Positions 62,667 to 64,000 of a DNA stretch of 64,000 nt are shown here, piece by piece; positions within the stretch are counted from its first letter, which is position 1; each line of letters opens with the position of its first letter. The position numbers were made by a program, and so were the translations under genes. Under the pieces are notes generated by a model, which was given only the letters and a program-made list of their open reading frames with translations, did no database searches and was not told the DNA's origin. Source of the stretch: a virus; IMG/VR virus record IMGVR_UViG_3300011005_000053. The stretch is one strand, 5' to 3'.

Positions 62667-63424
62667 TTCTTTGCCGCCCGCTTAATCATGATGGCGTCTT
62701 CGTACCGCATGGATACGGCCATCGGACGAGAGCCATCCGTGATGCCCATGGCCACAGCTTCATCGAGCTCGCCGCGAGCGTTCCAGTTCGTCGGTAGCTC
62801 ACGCTTTGCCAGAGCCGCGTTCATCTTGTTGAAGAGGCCGATAAGCTGCTCGTCAGAAGCCTCTTCGATAAACTTGTCGATGTTCACTTCCTCATCCTCC
62901 AATCTTGCGTTGACCTCAGCCGCGATCTGCGGATGAAGGTTATATAAATAGTCGCCCGGGCAGGGCTTATTGGCAAACCACCGATGGACGGTCATGTTCT
63001 GCTTGTCCACCTGCCCGATCAGCGACTTATCCCCCTGCCACAACAGCTTCTCAATGTCGTTGCGCTGACAGATATCCACCAATAGATCGACCAGGGCTTT
63101 ATAGGCCGCGTTGGTAATCTTGTACGGATGATAGTTGTCGCTCGACACTTCAATCGTAATCGCGCGGTTGTCGTTGGCGCTTGACGAAGAACACCAGGAC
63201 CGATCCTTTTCCTCAACGTACAATCCGATGCTGCCGTCGTAGCCAATACCATAGTTGCTTGACGCCTTGCGGTTAGCATCCGCAAACCACTGGCCTAATG
63301 CCCGCGCCGTGGTCTGCCCGGCAGTGCAGTGAATTGTCACCGTATCGATTTTGTGAGTTCTGGCCCCGGACTGGTTCGGGCTGATCTGAATCACATCGAC
63401 CAGCGAACTGTTTGTGTAGCCCAT
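62663..63424 (-). CDS. N-acetylmuramoyl-L-alanine amidase endolysin (PGRP/Amidase_2)
   Basis: IHCTAG, NYGIGYDG and HRWFANKPCPGD motifs. Confidence 0.75.
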   Translation of the reverse strand: MGYTNSSLVDVIQISPNQSGARTHKIDTVTIHCTAGQTTARALGQWFADANRKASSNYGIGYDGSIGLYVEEKDRSWCSSSSANDNRAITIEVSSDNYHPYKITNAAYKALVDLLVDICQRNDIEKLLWQGDKSLIGQVDKQNMTVHRWFANKPCPGDYLYNLHPQIAAEVNARLEDEEVNIDKFIEEASDEQLIGLFNKMNAALAKRELPTNWNARGELDEAVAMGITDGSRPMAVSMRYEDAIMIKRAAKK

Positions 63425-63440
63425 CGGATCATCACCCCGC

Positions 63441-63695
63441 TTAGAACTTTATTGTAGCGGTGGCACCGTCGTTGCCGACATTGGTGCCACTGATCGTATT
63501 TATACCGTTGCTTGATGTCCACGTAATGCTCGGTGTGGTATTAATAGGTGTAGTGTCAACCTGCCACCACGGACGGTACCGCCAACAGTTTTGACATTTA
63601 TCCACAGATTCCTCAGTCGTTTCCGTAGTAGTCACACGGGTCACGCGACCGTTTTCGTCGTACTCTGTAATATTTTCCTTAGTAACTGTCTTCAT
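63441..63695 (-). CDS. hypothetical Thr/Ser-rich protein (tail-fibre-associated?)
   Basis: ATAAGGAGGAAGTTTATT then ATG at 63693-63695. Confidence 0.45.
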   Translation of the reverse strand: MKTVTKENITEYDENGRVTRVTTTETTEESVDKCQNCWRYRPWWQVDTTPINTTPSITWTSSNGINTISGTNVGNDGATATIKF

Positions 63696-63709
63696 AATAA
63701 ACTTCCTCC

Positions 63710-64000
63710 TTATGCAACAGGTTTCCATACCGCGTACCACTTGTATGTTCGTCCTGCCCTCCAGTAGCGACTCGTGCTGTTGGTGTACGGCATAAACCCA
63801 GTTGGCGTTACCCAATACCTTGAATACACGGTGCTGCTTGCGCTTGTGCTATCGGAATTGGTCGAACAATGAGTCCCCCCTACGCCTATGGAACTGCTTG
63901 ATCGATATACGTAAGTCGCCGTTGCATACCGAAACGTCGATGCCGAGTTTGGCGAACCAACGCCAAAGGCATTGTAGAAATCAAAAAACGTAAACGTGTA
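63710..64000 (-). CDS. Ser/Thr/Tyr-rich C-terminal fragment of a larger protein (tail fibre / receptor-binding-like), partial
   Basis: Open minus-strand frame from the window edge to a TAA at 63710-63712. Confidence 0.4.
   Translation of the reverse strand, partial: YTFTFFDFYNAFGVGSPNSASTFRYATATYVYRSSSSIGVGGTHCSTNSDSTSASSTVYSRYWVTPTGFMPYTNSTSRYWRAGRTYKWYAVWKPVA

Overview
This window reads as most of a temperate Firmicutes/Clostridia-type phage or prophage genome, roughly 52-55% GC overall. Three gene blocks are visible.

(1) Left arm, 1-11.5 kb, minus strand. It runs leftward through a head-morphogenesis gene fragment, portal, large terminase, a possible small terminase, a tyrosine recombinase, an HU-like protein, a metallophosphoesterase and a 934-aa protein of unknown function. 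The 934-aa protein carries a DFDSD motif and a GxKLxGxR motif that resemble the catalytic loops of two-barrel RNA polymerases (YonO-like); this is inference only.

(2) A divergent control region at 11.5-13.3 kb. It holds outward-facing promoters, a 370-bp AT-rich iteron block (candidate origin) and about 1.2 kb with no convincing coding potential.

(3) A long plus-strand early/replication block, 13.3-60.3 kb. It contains many small zinc-ribbon and hypothetical genes, an amidoligase plus class-II glutamine amidotransferase pair, an Xis-like HTH protein and a DUF932 protein. There is a second tyrosine recombinase, a solitary MazF/PemK-like toxin and a tRNA cluster of 4 tRNAs (Gln, anticodon TAA, Thr-TGT, Ile-TAT). 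The recombination set is a Rad52/Sak-like annealase, an SSB and a Cas4-like nuclease. Also present are a radical-SAM enzyme with two paralogous neighbours, a primase-helicase, a DnaE-type polymerase, guanylate kinase, a deoxynucleotidase, a SleB-like hydrolase, an SPFH protein and a dUTPase. phoH is interrupted by a group I intron carrying a LAGLIDADG homing endonuclease. nrdD is interrupted by a group I intron carrying a GIY-YIG endonuclease, and is followed by nrdG, with an NrdH-like glutaredoxin upstream and an FtrB-like Cys-rich protein downstream. A third integrase ends beside an attP-like tRNA 3'-end fragment at 60.33 kb.

To the right of that site, on the minus strand, sit a ToxIN/AbiQ-like type III toxin-antitoxin locus (two ~37-nt repeats, a terminator, then toxN), two holin-like genes, an amidase endolysin and tail-fibre-like genes.

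A conserved ~22-bp element AATCAGAAWTAGGGTATTGACA recurs at least 11 times. Six copies look like sigma-A promoters. Five degenerate copies abut tRNAs or gene starts. Coordinates that I changed from the ORF track were derived by hand and are flagged in the evidence fields.
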